Notes under the pieces: generated by a model
What the model saw: only the letters and a program-made list of their open reading frames with translations
Database searches by the model: none
What the model was told of the DNA's origin: nothing
Translations under genes and position numbers: made by a program
Shown here: in pieces, positions 12,804 through 25,578 of the stretch
Layout of the letters: each line of letters begins with the position of its first letter
Numbering within the stretch: the first letter of the stretch is position 1
Origin: Carcharhinus amblyrhynchos
Taxonomy: Eukaryota
Length of the DNA stretch: 64,000 nt
Direction of reading: 5' to 3'
NCBI GenBank assembly: GCA_965287045.1
Contig: OZ336873.1
Location: 17,484,001 to 17,548,000 of the forward strand

Positions 12804-13229
12804 AAGGATGATATGTAAACATCCTTAACAGAAGTGGAGGTGGGCTCCAATATGAGGCATGTGGGAGATCTGCGATAGGTATACTAAGCCTGAGGTGCAC
12901 TGTAATAACAGTCAAGCACATGAGCTCCCTGCCCTGTATTGTTTCCATGACACCAGTTCACTCAGTGTCACCAGAAAGGTGAACTGAAAAAGGGGCAGTA
13001 GCTGCAAGCTTGAATGGAAAAGGATAACCAGGACCTGGATGACTCGGTGGTTCGCGCTGCTGCCTCACAGCACCAGGGATCTAGGTTTACTTCCAGCCTT
13101 GGGTGACTTCCATGTGGAATTTGCATGTTCTCTGTGTGGGTTTCCTCCGGATGCTCCAGTTTCCTCCCACACTCCAAAGATGTGCAGGTAAGGTTGATTG
13201 GCCATACTAAAATGTCCCTGAGTGTCAGA

Positions 13230-13369
13230 ACTCTCCATTCACCTGACGAAGAGGCTGTCCCCTCGAAAGCTTGTGAGAATATTATCAAATAAATAGGTTG
13301 GACTAAAACCTGGTGTTGTCAGAATTTTTACTGTGTTTACGCCAGTCCAACGCCGGCATACCCACATCA
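13230..13369 (+). mobile_element. 140-bp Penelope-like terminal unit carrying a hammerhead motif
   Basis: 7-bp TSD TGTCAGA (13223-13229 and 13370-13376); AATAAA at 13288; stem GTTGGACT/AGTCCAAC. Confidence 0.75.
13238..13277 (+). ncRNA. Minimal type I hammerhead ribozyme motif
   Basis: TTCAC-CTGACGA-A-GAGG(CTGTCC)CCTC-GAAA-GCTT-GTGAG: both core boxes, stem II, palindromic AAGCTT helix III, stem I TTCAC/GTGAG. Confidence 0.7.
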
Positions 13370-13495
13370 TGTCAGAGGGATTGGCAGGGTAAATATGTGG
13401 GATTATGGTCTGGGTAGAATTGTTGTCAATGCAGTCTCAGTGGGCCAAATGGCCTCCTTCAACACTGTAGGGATCCTATGATTCTATATTTCTAT

Positions 13496-13795
13496 GAAAT
13501 AGGAGCAGGGTAGGCCATAAACGCCCCAGAACCTGCTTCGCCATTCAACAAGATCATGGTTGATCTGCTATCTCAACTCCACTTTTCTGCTGAGTTCCCG
13601 TTTACCTTGATTCCCTTGGTGTCCAAATGTCAGACATGAATATATGCAACGACTGAACATCCTTAACTCTCTGTGCAAGAGAATTTCAAAGATTCAAAAC
13701 CTTTCAGAATCAAAAAAAATGCTCTTTAGCTCAGTTCTAAATGCCTGACTTTTTATCCTGAGACTTGGTTCTACAGCCAGGAGAACAGATTCTCA
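13496..13795 (-). mobile_element. CR1 3' fragment, tail-to-tail with the preceding SINE
   Basis: GAAATAGGAGCAGGGTAGGCCAT..CCATTCAACAAGATCATGGTTGATCTG. Confidence 0.8.
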
Positions 13796-14284
13796 GGGTA
13801 CAAGAGAGCAAAAGAAAAATGATTCGGAACATTTTTGTAACTGCCCTTCCCCTGGGACCCATGCAGACCCTTGGTGCGAGACTTCATTACATTTCTTAAG
13901 TTGCCCCACTGCTAGTATACTCGACATGCCATAGCCAAGGGGAGCTCAAGTAGTTGGGGCTTCAAGGGCATGAGGGAATAAGTTAAAGCAAACAGTTTGG
14001 AGGAGAATATTCATCAAACTTTCAGCAGAGGACAAACTGAACACTGTTGAAAGGAATCATGCTAAGCATGTAGAGAAAGTACATTCTTAGGATCAGCCAG
14101 GTCAAACTAATTAGATCCTAAATAGATCAACACGCAAAAGTAAAAGTGAAATAAGAAAGAAAAAATACTTTTATCAATATTCCAGGTAAAAAGGAAAGAT
14201 GTTCTCTTTGAGTAAATATAGCAATATGGTTGGTAATCAGAGGGAGACAATAACACAGAGACAAAGTAGCTGCAAATACTAAAA

Positions 14285-14420
14285 GGCTTGCCTTTATAAA
14301 ATATCTTTCATGAATTCAGAATGTTCTAAGCAATGAAGTAGTTATGGCCATTGTAACAAAATGTTACAACCAATTGACATACAGCAAGCTCCCATCAACA
14401 GCAATGAAACAAGTGACCAG
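14285..14420 (-). mobile_element. Deu-domain SINE 3' fragment
   Basis: ACAGCAAGCTCCCATCAACAGCAATG matches 56443-56467. Confidence 0.55.
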
Positions 14421-14987
14421 GTCTTAGCAGGTTAGAGAGGGATGGGACAGGGTGGGTATAGGGTTGCCTGAAGATCAGGGCAGCCTTTAAAAATGGTGTC
14501 TCAATCTCTGAGGAGGCAGCCTTGCCAGTATCTTTAGGTACCCACTCCAAAACAACTTCTAAGTGGGGGAGAATTCAGTGAGAATCTCCCCAGGCTCCAA
14601 AAAAAAAGTGGGTGAATTGCAAACTGATTTGCACCAAACCACCCAGTGGAAATCCCGTTGCTTTTCCTGCATGGGACAACACTGAAATTTTTTGGGACAC
14701 ATAAGTTTAGATTGTGAAGTTCTCTATTAATGTCCTGTGATCTAATGAGCCCTCACTGAATAGAGTTTGGTCTTCTTTGGCAACACATCGATGTTATGTA
14801 TGTGTGCGTTCCAGAGTATAAAATTAAAACAAACATCAAACTTCTACAATTCTGGTTAGTCTCTGGAGGCCAAAATCCAACTGCTCCCCACCGACTACCT
14901 TCTCTGACCTCCCACCCCCAATAGCTCCCAATTCACCTCTGACATCAAAGAGGATGTTCATAAAATGGCCCCAAAACTGAGGGCTTT

Positions 14988-15312
14988 TTTTTTATTTATT
15001 CGTTTATTGCCATTTCTAATTGCCCTCTATTTCAGACTGCACTTGAGACTCAACCACAACTGCTTTGAGCCTGGAGTCAAATGGAGGCAGACTGGATAAA
15101 GGTGGCAGATTTCCTCCCCTAAATGTACCAGATGGGGTTTTTACTGCAATTGACAATGGTTTCATGGCCATCATTAGAATTTTAATTCAAGATTTTTACT
15201 GAATTAAAATTTCACCATCTGTTGTGATGGGATTCAAAGCCAGATCCACAGAGCATTACGTGGGGTCTCTGGATTGTAGCCGGGTGCCGATACCATTACA
15301 CCATCATCTCCC
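14988..15312 (-). mobile_element. tRNA-derived SINE family B
   Basis: Reverse complement of the family seen at 17110-17460 and 36665-37024. Confidence 0.8.
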
Positions 15313-15987
15313 CTCAAGTGCTGCTGCCTCCTCTCCCCTCACATATTTTGTTCTCAACTTAACCCTCTACTTTCCATCCCGATGTATCATACTGAGCAGT
15401 GTTAATTGCTGGAAGGTGAAATTTTGAGCTGTTAGAAGAAGTCCTGTCTTAAAGAGCCACCAGCCATTAAGCTGATCTACAGCTCTGTTGTCCCAGCAGC
15501 GATGGCGTGGTGACCATTGTTAGGACTGTAGGCTTCCTACCACACCGAGGAGCCTAGGTATGTCTGGGATCAGGAGTATCAGTAAGGTGGAGTTGCGAGG
15601 AGCTGGAGAAAAGTAGGATCAGGTTCAAGAGGCTGACTGAGGGTACAGGAGTTAACCTTGAAGGGGAAAGGGTCTCCACTGTGCTCAGGGGACCGAGAAA
15701 GGAGATCATTCGCTTGGCACGACATATTCCTGAACAGCTAAAGCTGTCGGGCTTTGCACATATGCCATAGGTAAAATACTGACGGGAGAGGAGTGGAGGG
15801 ATGGTGGGGGTTTGCCCCTAAGTGGCCATTAATTGACAAGACATCCTTCCCCATGTGGTAGACAGCTGTTGACTGACTGTCGGGTTAGCTGGCAATACAG
15901 GGGCAGGTATTTACATTTGTGGGATGTTGACCCCAAAAAATTGCCCCTGCAAAATATCTAGCCCATTGTTTCCATGTCAATTCTTTA

Positions 15988-16297
15988 TCATAGAATCACT
16001 ACAGTACAGAAGGAGGCTGTTTGACCCATTGAGTCTGTAACGACCACAGTCCCACCCAGGCCCTATTCCCATAACTCTCATTTACCCTACTAATCACCCT
16101 GACACTAGGGTCAATTTAGCATGACCAATCAATCTAACCTGCACATCTTTGAAAGGTGGGAGGAAACCTGAGCACCTGAAGGAAACCCACACAGACACGG
16201 GGAGAACATGCAAGCACCACACAGACAATGATCTGAGGCTGGAATTGAACCTGGGTCCCTGGCTTTGTGAGGCACAGTGCTAGCCACCATGCTGCCC
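15988..16297 (-). mobile_element. V-SINE, tail type a
   Basis: Tail TCATAGAATC, V-domain GGGAGGAAACC, head GGGCAGCATGGTGG. Confidence 0.9.
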
Positions 16298-17109
16298 ATT
16301 GTATCAAACCAAATCTAGTTGTACAGCTCTGCATACTCCCCATTTTTTTTAAATCTTCATCTGCAAGAATTTATCCAGGTTTCTTTTAATGAATACAGCG
16401 GTCTCTCCTTCAACCATTTTATATTTCAAGAATCTGAGGTGTAAGAAATGTTTCCTATTATTGCTCCTCACTCTACTGGTATGAATTTTAAATTGTTCAC
16501 CTCTCAACATCAACTTCCCAATCGGAGATTTTTTGTACTTGTGCAGTTATGAGTCTCTCCTCATAACTGTAGCTTCCTGTTCTTCTAGTCTGGATGGATC
16601 TACACTGCACATGTTCTCTCTGGTCTTAATGTTGCATCAGAGTCAGGATTTTGTGAGCAATGACGCAAGGTGTACTTGCTGATGACCTTGAAGAAAGCTG
16701 CCCACAGAGATATAGCAAAACCTATGCATTGCCTTCCCCTTTCCCGATGCTGTTTAAGGGGATCTCTTGGCGTACAGCAGCACTGATTTCAGCAAGAAGA
16801 TGAGCACTCTATCACATTGAGATATTCACATAGCAAACCAGGAAGTTATAAGCATTTAATGTACTTCACTCTCTGTTTAAATTTTGAGATAACAAGAAAT
16901 ATTGCTTGATTCGATTAATATCAAAGCTAACAAAAATATTGCTCAATTGGATTAACAGCAAAGGTAAAATAAAGATACACCAACTTTTTAAACAGCTGGA
17001 ATTTTAAATTATGAGTTAAATGTAAATTTTTTTTTAAGATCAGTGAGTTTTTTTAGAAGCAGCTGGAAAGTTAGTACGGCATTAAAAATCCAATTACATC
17101 TCAATTTGG

Positions 17110-17460
17110 GAGAGCTGGTGGCAGAATGATATTGTCACTGAACAAGCAATCCTGAGACACAGGGTAATAATACTCAGGGGATCCAGGTTCAAATCCCACC
17201 ACACCAGAGGGTGAAACATGAATTTAATCTTGAATTAAAAGCCTAATTATGATTATGAAATAATTCACGTAAAAACCCATCTGGTTCACTTTTGTCCTTT
17301 AGGGAAGGAAATCTGCCATCCTTACCTGGTCTGGCTGACATGTGACTCCAGAGTCACAGCAATGGGGTTGGCTCCTATGAAATGGCCTAGCAAGCCACTC
17401 AGGCCAAGGGCAATCAGGGTGGTGGCCCAGTCAGTGATGTCCACATCCCATGAATAAAAG
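17110..17460 (+). mobile_element. tRNA-derived SINE family B
   Basis: B box GGTTCAAATCC; core GGAAGGAAATCTGCCATCCTTACCTGGTCTGGC; tail CCACATCCCATGAATAAAA shared with the LINE at 53548-54388. Confidence 0.85.
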
Positions 17461-17494
17461 GTGCAGTTTTTTCAAGGGTTTTTACACCAAGATT

Positions 17495-18095
17495 TCTTTT
17501 TATTCTTTCATGACATGAATCAGGGTTATTGCCCATTCCCATTTATCCTTGGGTTGTCCTGATTAAGTGGCTTCCCGTTGGGTCTGGAATCACATTTGTC
17601 AAAATCGGGTAAACATGGAAACACAGAAGACAGGAGCAGGAGGAGGCCATTTGGCCCTTCGAACCTACTCCACCATTCATTACAATGGTGACTGATCATC
17701 CAACTCTATAATCTAATCCTGCTTTTTCCCCATAACCTTTGATCCCCAAGTGCTATATCCAGCCACCTCTTGAATGCATTCTATGTTTTGGCATCAACTA
17801 CTTCCTGTGGTAATGAACTCCACATGCTCATCAGGCTTTGGGTGAAGAAATGTCTCCTCACCTCTGGGTAAGGATAAGGTTGACAGATTTCACCTGAAGG
17901 GAATTAGTGAACCAAGTCGGTGTTTACAACAATCTGTTAGTTTAGCGATCGAGAACTAGTTTTTGATTAAATTCCAGATCTATAAATAAATTAAGTTGAA
18001 TTTTAAATTCCACCAGCTGCTGCAGTTGGATTTGAACTTGGGTCTCTGGAAAATTAGTCCAGAGTTTTAATCTGGTAATGTTACCACCACACCAC
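17495..18095 (-). mobile_element. SINE family B copy split by CR1 (17613-17864)
   Basis: Tail part 17495-17612; head part 17865-18095 with GGATTTGAACTTGGGTCTCTG. Confidence 0.7.
17613..17864 (-). mobile_element. CR1 3' fragment, same subfamily as 4208-4640
   Basis: GGAGCAGGAGGAGGCCATTTGGCCCTTCG shared. Confidence 0.88.
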
Positions 18096-18486
18096 CATTA
18101 TCAAAACGGTATAGGAGTGGGAGTTGTCATCAGTTCAACTGATTGCACTCTGGAGGAACCTCAGCTTAGAATCAGTAACAGCACTTTCTGGATTTCTGCA
18201 TTATTCTGTACTCCTGAAGTTGTCAGTTTCTGTAGTGTCAAGATTGCAAAGATAAACAGTTTTGCCATAAGCAAAAATCCAAGCTTATCTCTTTGCCCAG
18301 TGTTCTTTTTCTCTATTTATAAAACTCAAATTCTATTGACATTTCTGATGACTTTATGTCCCTGCAATTTTCTTATCAAGAAAAAGTGTATTGGAATCCT
18401 TATGCCTCTGTCTGTTTTCATTTTTAAATCCCTAATGTATAAGTTCAGCACTTTCACCAATGGCTTCAGTCATCGGTGCCCCATCC

Positions 18487-18752
18487 TAGAACATAGAAAA
18501 TCTACAGCACAAACAGGCCCTTCGGCCCACAAGTTGTGCTGATGATATCCATACCTACTAGGCTTACCTATAACCCTCAATTCTATTAAGTCCCATGTAC
18601 TCATCCAGAAGTCTCTTGAAAGACCCTATCCAATTTGCCTCCACCACCACTGACGGCAGCCGATTCCACTCACCCACCACCCTCTGAGTGAAAAACCTAC
18701 TCCCCAGCACCTTAAACCTGAGTCCTCACATAGCAACCATTCCAACCCTTCA
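18487..18752 (-). mobile_element. CR1 3' fragment, same subfamily as 61496-62050
   Basis: CACAAACAGGCCCTTCGGCCCACAAGTTG..CCCATGTACTCATCC shared. Confidence 0.88.
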
Positions 18753-18978
18753 CAAATTTGGATTAGCCATGAGCTCCATGGCTGACATCCTTTCTCACAT
18801 GACACCCAGACCATACCGTCTTTGCTAAAATCAATTGCTTCCACAAGTGATCTAGGAGCTCTTAGCTGGTTTCTAAAAAACTTTAGGGTCTAACCACGCC
18901 TTAACTTGTCAATCTTCTTTAGCAATTATATCTTTAGTCAGACCACCTGTTCTTCTGTATTCCCTTCATTCCAGTTCA

Positions 18979-19109
18979 GGGCTGGGATTTACTGGCACAT
19001 TCACCCCAAGACCAGGGAATCCCACCCGAGGTTAACTTGGACTTTTGCATGGTCCTCTCCCACCCTTCCGCTATGATTTACATGGTGAGCGGGACACAAA
19101 ATTCTGCCC
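18979..19109. mobile_element. Short MITE
   Basis: Termini GGGCTGGGATTT / AAATTCTGCCC. Confidence 0.65.
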
Positions 19110-20854
19110 TAGGTCTTAAGAAGCTGCATCTCATTTCTTTCGAACTCTCCAAACTAGTCTGTCTTGCCAGCTTCCCCCTTTCAAAGCACTCTTCTACCTA
19201 CTCGCCCATGTTTTTAGTTCCACTTTTAACTTTTTCCCATCTCCTTCAGGAATCTTGCTATCCTGCCATAAAGCTCTCTGAGCTGTATTTCTAAATCAGG
19301 AGCTGCTATAACGACACAAGTTGGGGAATTGCACACATAAAACACAGGTCAATAATCTATGTGACGTGAATTGGAAACTAGCTTTCGCCTTAAACTGCTG
19401 CTGAAGGCCAATGTATCTTTCTTTACATTAATTCTAATGCTCAAGAATCTGAAGACAGATACTATTACAGAACTTCTGATTGTCACTGTGCACTCGTCTA
19501 TATAAGTGAGCTGTTATACGAAAAGGTTGCAGTAGCTATTTTGACATGTTATTTTTATTTTCTCCCCTCCTTTATATTTCAGACGCTGTGACCATCTGTC
19601 ATGAGATGCATGGAAGTAATCCAGGAAAATCACCCTCTAGTTTAGAGCATCCAACCTGAATCCAGTAGTTTTCTGATCCACCACTTCCTCAATAATAACT
19701 TCACCAGATACTACCTTGATACTTTGCACACTCTCGCCAATTAGCATTCTCATTCATTGGGCCATCTCAGGCAGCATCTCTAATTAAGGCAGTTAAACCT
19801 TTTAATAAGTATAAATAAAACTAAATCATTAAGAAAAAAAGTAATGATCTTTTAACGACTTCATTAAAGTTTAAAATGCGATTTCTGTTTATCTTGACTC
19901 GTTTTTGCTACATGGAATATATATGGATATGGTTTTAATTCAAACCCTAATTCTGTGGTTATTGGGAAAGCAGACATTAAATATATTGCCCAATTTCTTT
20001 TCCAATGAACATTGGTGTGCTAGCACCCATCTTTTGTGATAAAAATTTCATCTATTAGGTCTTAACTTGGTTGCTTCTCCTCCCCCTTCTCAATGGGCTT
20101 CTAGTCATTACACTGCTGTGTCTTCCTCTAATTCAGTCCCTGATTTTACGTAATAAGCTCGGTCACTATATGAACGCAGATTGGAAATTCACAAATCTTT
20201 TGTCAACTTGTCCTCCTCCGCATCTTTTTGTGCTGCTGACATAGGATGCATACATTACTCTGCAATACAAAGCTCATTATTTCCCTTTGGTTCCATTAAC
20301 CGTGGTCATAGTCTCGGTTTTCAAAGCCTACGCATGTCTAACCAACGCTAATAACATAGCTAAAGTCGTGACACCTGTCATGTTCATTTTAGTAATGATT
20401 TTGTGCCTTGACAATCACCAGCTCTGATGGGAATGTGGTGCTGGAAATGAGCAAAATCATCTCAATGTGTTGATTGGAGAGGAGATGGAGATCCTTCTAA
20501 ACTTCATGGATCATTATGTTCTGATCTGCATGAACTCTTGCCCTTGGCAATGATTATTCTGCAAAAAATTATTGGGCATGTAACTACACTACAGATATTA
20601 TTTTTAAAAGTATAAGTAGTGCATGGCTATTGGCAGTTTAGATGAACTTTTTTTTCCCTATTTTCAACAGCTGTCAGCATAAAATTAGACCATTTGGTTG
20701 ATAGTGGTGTGGGAGTTAATGATCAGGAATGCTGAATAATTAATAATGCATTGCACCATCAAGAACTAATTAGCCATATATTTTATCATTCAACCAAGGA
20801 AGGACAAATAAATGACATAAAAGTATCATCACTTTCCAGTGAAATCGTATATTC

Positions 20855-20962
20855 AAGTCACAGACTTGAAACATTGACTCTGTTTCTCCTTCCACAGGTA
20901 TTGCCAGACCTGCTGAGGTCTCCTTGCATTATTATTTACAGATTTCCATTTGCATTGCTTTG
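20855..20962 (+). mobile_element. Penelope-like terminal fragment, hammerhead 5' core lost
   Basis: AAGTC(ACA)GACTT-GAAA-CATTGACTCTGTTTCTC..GCCAGACCTGCTGAG, homologous to 56597-56690. Confidence 0.6.
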
Positions 20963-21763
20963 TGTTTCAGTTAAATTTTAAGCATTTGTATGGTATAAAG
21001 TCAAAGATTCTTGTTAAATGTCAACATTTCATATGAGCATCAATATCTGACGACTTGAAAAGACACTTTCACATTTTCCTTCCATAACTTAGATCAAATT
21101 TAGGCATACAATTGACAAACTTAATTGGTAAAGAAAAATGACTCACGTAATACCTGGGCCTCTATGGCTTTAGAACATCCTTAAATTTCAAGAGGCAGAT
21201 TGGTAAAATAAAATTAATGCAAGTAGATCTTATGACGAAACATGGGGGCAGAAATTTGTACCAAGTGGTGGCCCAAACTGCAAGAAATCGAACTGGCCTC
21301 TCAGAGCTTACTATTCCATTCCATTATGGTCAATGAGATTTGTTAGGTACATTGGGGCATAGCTCCTTTAAGGGAATGAGTCAGGTGACTTGAGGTGTGG
21401 GGTAGCTGGTTGAGAACCATCCTGAGTGGGCAGTCAATGTTTGGAGTGTGGAGCGAGTAGACTGAATAAACAACTGTGTTCCCTGATGCCTGACTTTGGA
21501 GTAGTTCTTGAGGAGATACCTTAGCATTCAAAGATTTAAGAGAATTTATACTCATTTATGTTTAATTTTAAGTTTTTTAGGCAGAATTAATTCAACAAAT
21601 TGCTCAGAAGATGGATGTTTGCTTTAATAACTATAATTTTAACCTCTGACTGTAAATCTTTCACTAATTGGTCTTTTACACCGATAAGATCAACTAGTTA
21701 TGGAAGCTAATCAATCATAGCAAATCCGTACTTAAAATTACAGAATGATATGGACTGATTTAT

Positions 21764-22284
21764 TCATAGAATCCCTACACTGCAGAAGGTGGCCATTTGG
21801 CCCAGCAAGTCTGTGCCAATCAAAATTCTACCCAGGCCCTATCCCTGTGTGATTTTTACGATATATTTACCCTGATAATCCCCCTGATACTAAGGGGCAA
21901 CTTAACCCCAATCAATCTAACCCTCACTTTCAGGTTGTATTGCAGCTTGATATGGCTCCTGCTCTGCCCAAGACCACAAGAAATTACAAAAGGTTTGAAT
22001 GTAGCCCAATCCATCACGCAAACCAGCCTCCCATCCATTGACTCTGTCTACACTTCCACTGCCTTGGAAAAGCAGCCAGCATAATGAAGGATCCGACACA
22101 CCCTGGACATTCTCTCTTCCATCAAGTCTTTGAAATATGGGAGTAAACTGGAGCATCCTGAGGAAACCCAACGGACACGGAGAGCATGTAGACTCCACAC
22201 AGACAGTGATCCGAGTCTGGAATTGAACCCGGATCCCTGGTGCTGTGAGGCAGCAGTGTTAAGCACTGTGCCACCATGCTGCCC
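21764..22284 (-). mobile_element. V-SINE, tail type a, containing a Rex1 fragment
   Basis: Tail 21764-21925; V-domain and head 22124-22284. Confidence 0.88.
21926..22123 (+). mobile_element. Internal Rex1 fragment without 3' tail
   Basis: Homologous to about 8352-8551. Confidence 0.88.
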
Positions 22285-22975
22285 TTAGTGATTATTTGTA
22301 TTGAGAGAATAATATTGGCAGCAATCTGTCACCCTGCATTTCTAGCTTGCAAAGTGCTTACACAACATGCAACTTCACAAAGTCAACAATCAGACAGATA
22401 TGATAATGTTATGCTATTCCTCCTAGTAGTTCTGAGATATTACACGAAGGGGGCTTATTTGCACTGCGGGAGGGATTGAAATTGCTAAACAACTAATGTC
22501 TATTCTGGGTGAGAGTGTTGACTAAAAGACAAAGACCAGTGCCATATTTAAATTAAAAATTAATTCAACCACAATGTAGTGCTTTCATTAACACAGGTTT
22601 AAATGTGCTGAATTTAAGCAGCGGTTCCCTTTGAAACACAAACTTGCAATAGTTCATTATTAGAGGACCTTAACCATTAACAGAGAATAGCAACAAGCCA
22701 AACAACCAACAGCACTGTGCCTTCATGAACATGGTCACCATCACAGATATGAGCTGGCTTGAAAGAGGAGTTTGAAACACAATCCTGTTTTAAATAGCAG
22801 GAGCACAATGCACGGACCAAACTGACAACATTTACAGCTGACACCGAGTGAGTTCCTGACTGAAGCAAATCCTTGATCGAAGTATTTTCCCATTGATCGA
22901 ACCAAACATAAGCTGAGCATTGTCAAATAGTTTGACAGTTGAATTGATAACATTGATGCGTGACTTCAAGTTCAA

Positions 22976-23185
22976 GGCCAGAATTCTCCGGCTGTTTACG
23001 CTCGGTGGGATTCTCCCTACTCACCAGCACTATACCCCCTGCCAGCGGGTTTCCTGCCAGCATGGGGTGAAGTCAATGGGCATTCCCATGGACAATGGTG
23101 GGTCCAGAGAATCCTGCCACTAACAAACAACGTGCCTCCTCCTGCTGGCGGGAAACATGGGATTGAAAGGCTGGAGAATCTCCCT
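22976..23185. mobile_element. MITE
   Basis: GGCCAGAATTCTCCGGC / GCTGGAGAATCTCCC termini; central GTCAATGGG..CCCATGGAC. Confidence 0.65.
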
Positions 23186-23766
23186 CCAAATATGTAAAAG
23201 GAGCAATTGGAGGTTGTGCACATTTTAATCTGCTAACAATCAGTGTTCCAAACAACCTACAAGAAGTGGAAGCTATGGCCCCCTATAACTATTGTGATCA
23301 TATTCCAGAGGTTCCAACACTCAGAAGCCAAGTATATAATTATAAAGCAAGTAAATGCAAAAATGGTAGAAGCATCTGTACAGAAGACAAATGAAATTCC
23401 TTTCAAGGTATAAGGTTGAGAGCACTAGCTACATATTACCAAAATTCCACAAGTGTAAATGAATGTGATTTTGGCTAAATTAAAAAATTAATTTTAAATG
23501 GATTAAAAGGAAGACACGCATTCCACAATTCCTGCAATGAAATAACTATACACCAAAAAAACTTAAATAGTGGTCAGAGAGACAAAGATAATTTCAGAAA
23601 ATAAATCAGAGATGTAAAACAGCACTTTAAAAACTCTTTCAATAGTTGAACAGCAAGGTGCCCATCAGAGAAGGGGCAAAAACGATAACTGATGGGAACT
23701 GGAGAATGAGTACAACTTGCTTAGTAATATGAATGCTTGCTCACTCAGAGCATTTATGAAAGGAGG

Positions 23767-24065
23767 CATAGAATCCCATAAAATCCCTACAGTACAGAAG
23801 GAGGCCATTTGGCCCATCCAGTCTGTACTCACCACAATCCCACACAGGCCCGATTCCTGTAACCCCACATATTTCCCCTGTTAATCCCCCGACACTAGGG
23901 TCAATTTAGCATGGCCAATCTTTGGAGTATGGGAAGAAACCGGAGCACCCGGAGGAAACCCATGTAGACACGGGGAGAAAGTGCAGACTCCATACAGACA
24001 GTGACCCGAGGCAGGAATTGAACACGGGTTCTTGGCGCTGTGAGGCAGCAGTGCTACCATGCCGC
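23767..24065 (-). mobile_element. V-SINE, tail type a
   Basis: Tail, V-domain and head recognisable; internal deletion. Confidence 0.9.
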
Positions 24066-24338
24066 TTCATGAGGAACACATACATAGACTCCAAAAATAT
24101 CAACATCCTTAATAAACCTGATGATTCTGATACAAATTCAATAGAAGACCAAGGCACGCAAAGAAGTTTCAAAAGAAATAAATCCCCAGTGATAGATGAT
24201 ATTCACTCCCAGGATACTCAGAGAGGTAGGGAAGGAGTGGATAAGCATTGACAGTCATTGTGTGGAGGTAATAACTGAATACTTGATATGGAATTATCAA
24301 GAGTAAATTTAAGGATTAACTGTACATTAATTAAGTGT

Positions 24339-24628
24339 GGCTCCAGGGACCTGGGTTCGATTCCTGGCTAGGGTCACTGTCTGTGTGAAGTTTCTCCTCG
24401 TGTCTGTGTGGGCTCCCCCCAGGTGCTCCGGTTTCCTCCCACAGTCCAAAGATGTGCAGGCTAGGTTGATTGGCTATGCTAAAATTGCCCCTTAATGTTC
24501 TGAGATGTGTAGGTTAGAGGAGTTAGTGGGTAAATATGTAGGGATATGGGGGTAGGGCCTGGGTGGGATTGTGGTCGGTGCAGACTCGATGGGCCAAATG
24601 GCCTGTTTCTATAGGGTTTCTATGATTC
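24339..24628 (+). mobile_element. V-SINE, tail type a, 5'-truncated
   Basis: B box GGTTCGATTCC, V-domain, tail. Confidence 0.9.
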
Positions 24629-24652
24629 GAGGCGACCTATAACCTCCAGAAT

Positions 24653-25578
24653 TGTTACAGAAATATTGTTTTTTTTCATGAGCATGGATAAAAACTCCAA
24701 ATGTGGAAACCAAGTTCAAACACAGCCAGACTCTGCAATTTGTAGATGGTATTGATGGACAATCAACTTTCCATTGAAATCAGACAGGCCTGGAACTGCC
24801 AAGTGCTAATGGTCACATTGTTTCAGAATAAACCATTATTTACACCTCCAGTGAAGCTCCTTTATTAGAAAAATGTGACGCAGACCTGGTGGCACCCAGA
24901 GGCATAATGTGACAAAGATGGACACACACATGGGATCTTGGAGAAGGGCATGAAGACAGCAACCTGGAGCCCCATCTCTCTCTCTCCTTCACCGCCTTTC
25001 TGCACTTTCCCAGAGAGCACCTTCGACCGACAGCCGAGCAGCACAATACCTCCGGCTTCTTATACCTTGTGGCGAACATCATCAGACTGGCCAGACCCAG
25101 AAGACCACCCCAGTGAGATGAATTGAAGAGCAGAGCCAGCTCAAGGTGAGAGAGAAAGCCCAAATCTATGACTGCAGATCCTGAAACATTAGCCAATGCT
25201 CAAAGACTGAGGATCAGCCTTTCCCAGCCTTATTAAATGGGTATTACAAGTCTTTTCAGATAAACAGTTCAAATATAGTGATAGGGTGTGGACAGGGTGC
25301 AGTGAATCCTCAGAAGCGGTAGATAGCTAGTGTAGATTTGAGATGTTTACTCAGAGAATTAAAACTGTTGTCTGAGGAGTCCTGTAAATAAATTGAACAT
25401 TGTTTTTCCCTGATAAAGTGTTCAATAAAATTGTGTTGGACTTTCGCCTGACTCTTGTCTCCTTTGTCTCTCTCTCTCACCAGGTAAGCACCTGAGTGAA
25501 AAAGGGCTATCACAAACTGGTCAAGGTTAGGCAGGGTATTTTTACCCACTTTCACTTTGCAACATAACCAACATAACA
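24653..25578 (+). mobile_element. Probable solo LTR
   Basis: TGTTA...TAACA inverted termini; AATAAA near 25424 followed by a U5-like stretch; no clean TSD, so the 5' end may lie further left (about 24259). Confidence 0.45.

Larger units (their letters stand above)
13036..13487 (+). mobile_element. V-SINE, tail type a, interrupted at 13230-13369
   Basis: V-domain at about 13130-13200; SINE resumes after the duplicated TGTCAGA. Confidence 0.88.

Noticed and set aside
19560-19660. Strong plus-strand acceptor, also at about 31406 and 33534
   Set aside because: No recognisable peptide or consistent exon chain
20281-20302. miR-204/211-like seed TTCCCTTTG
   Set aside because: Match stops after 9 nt and no hairpin arm is present
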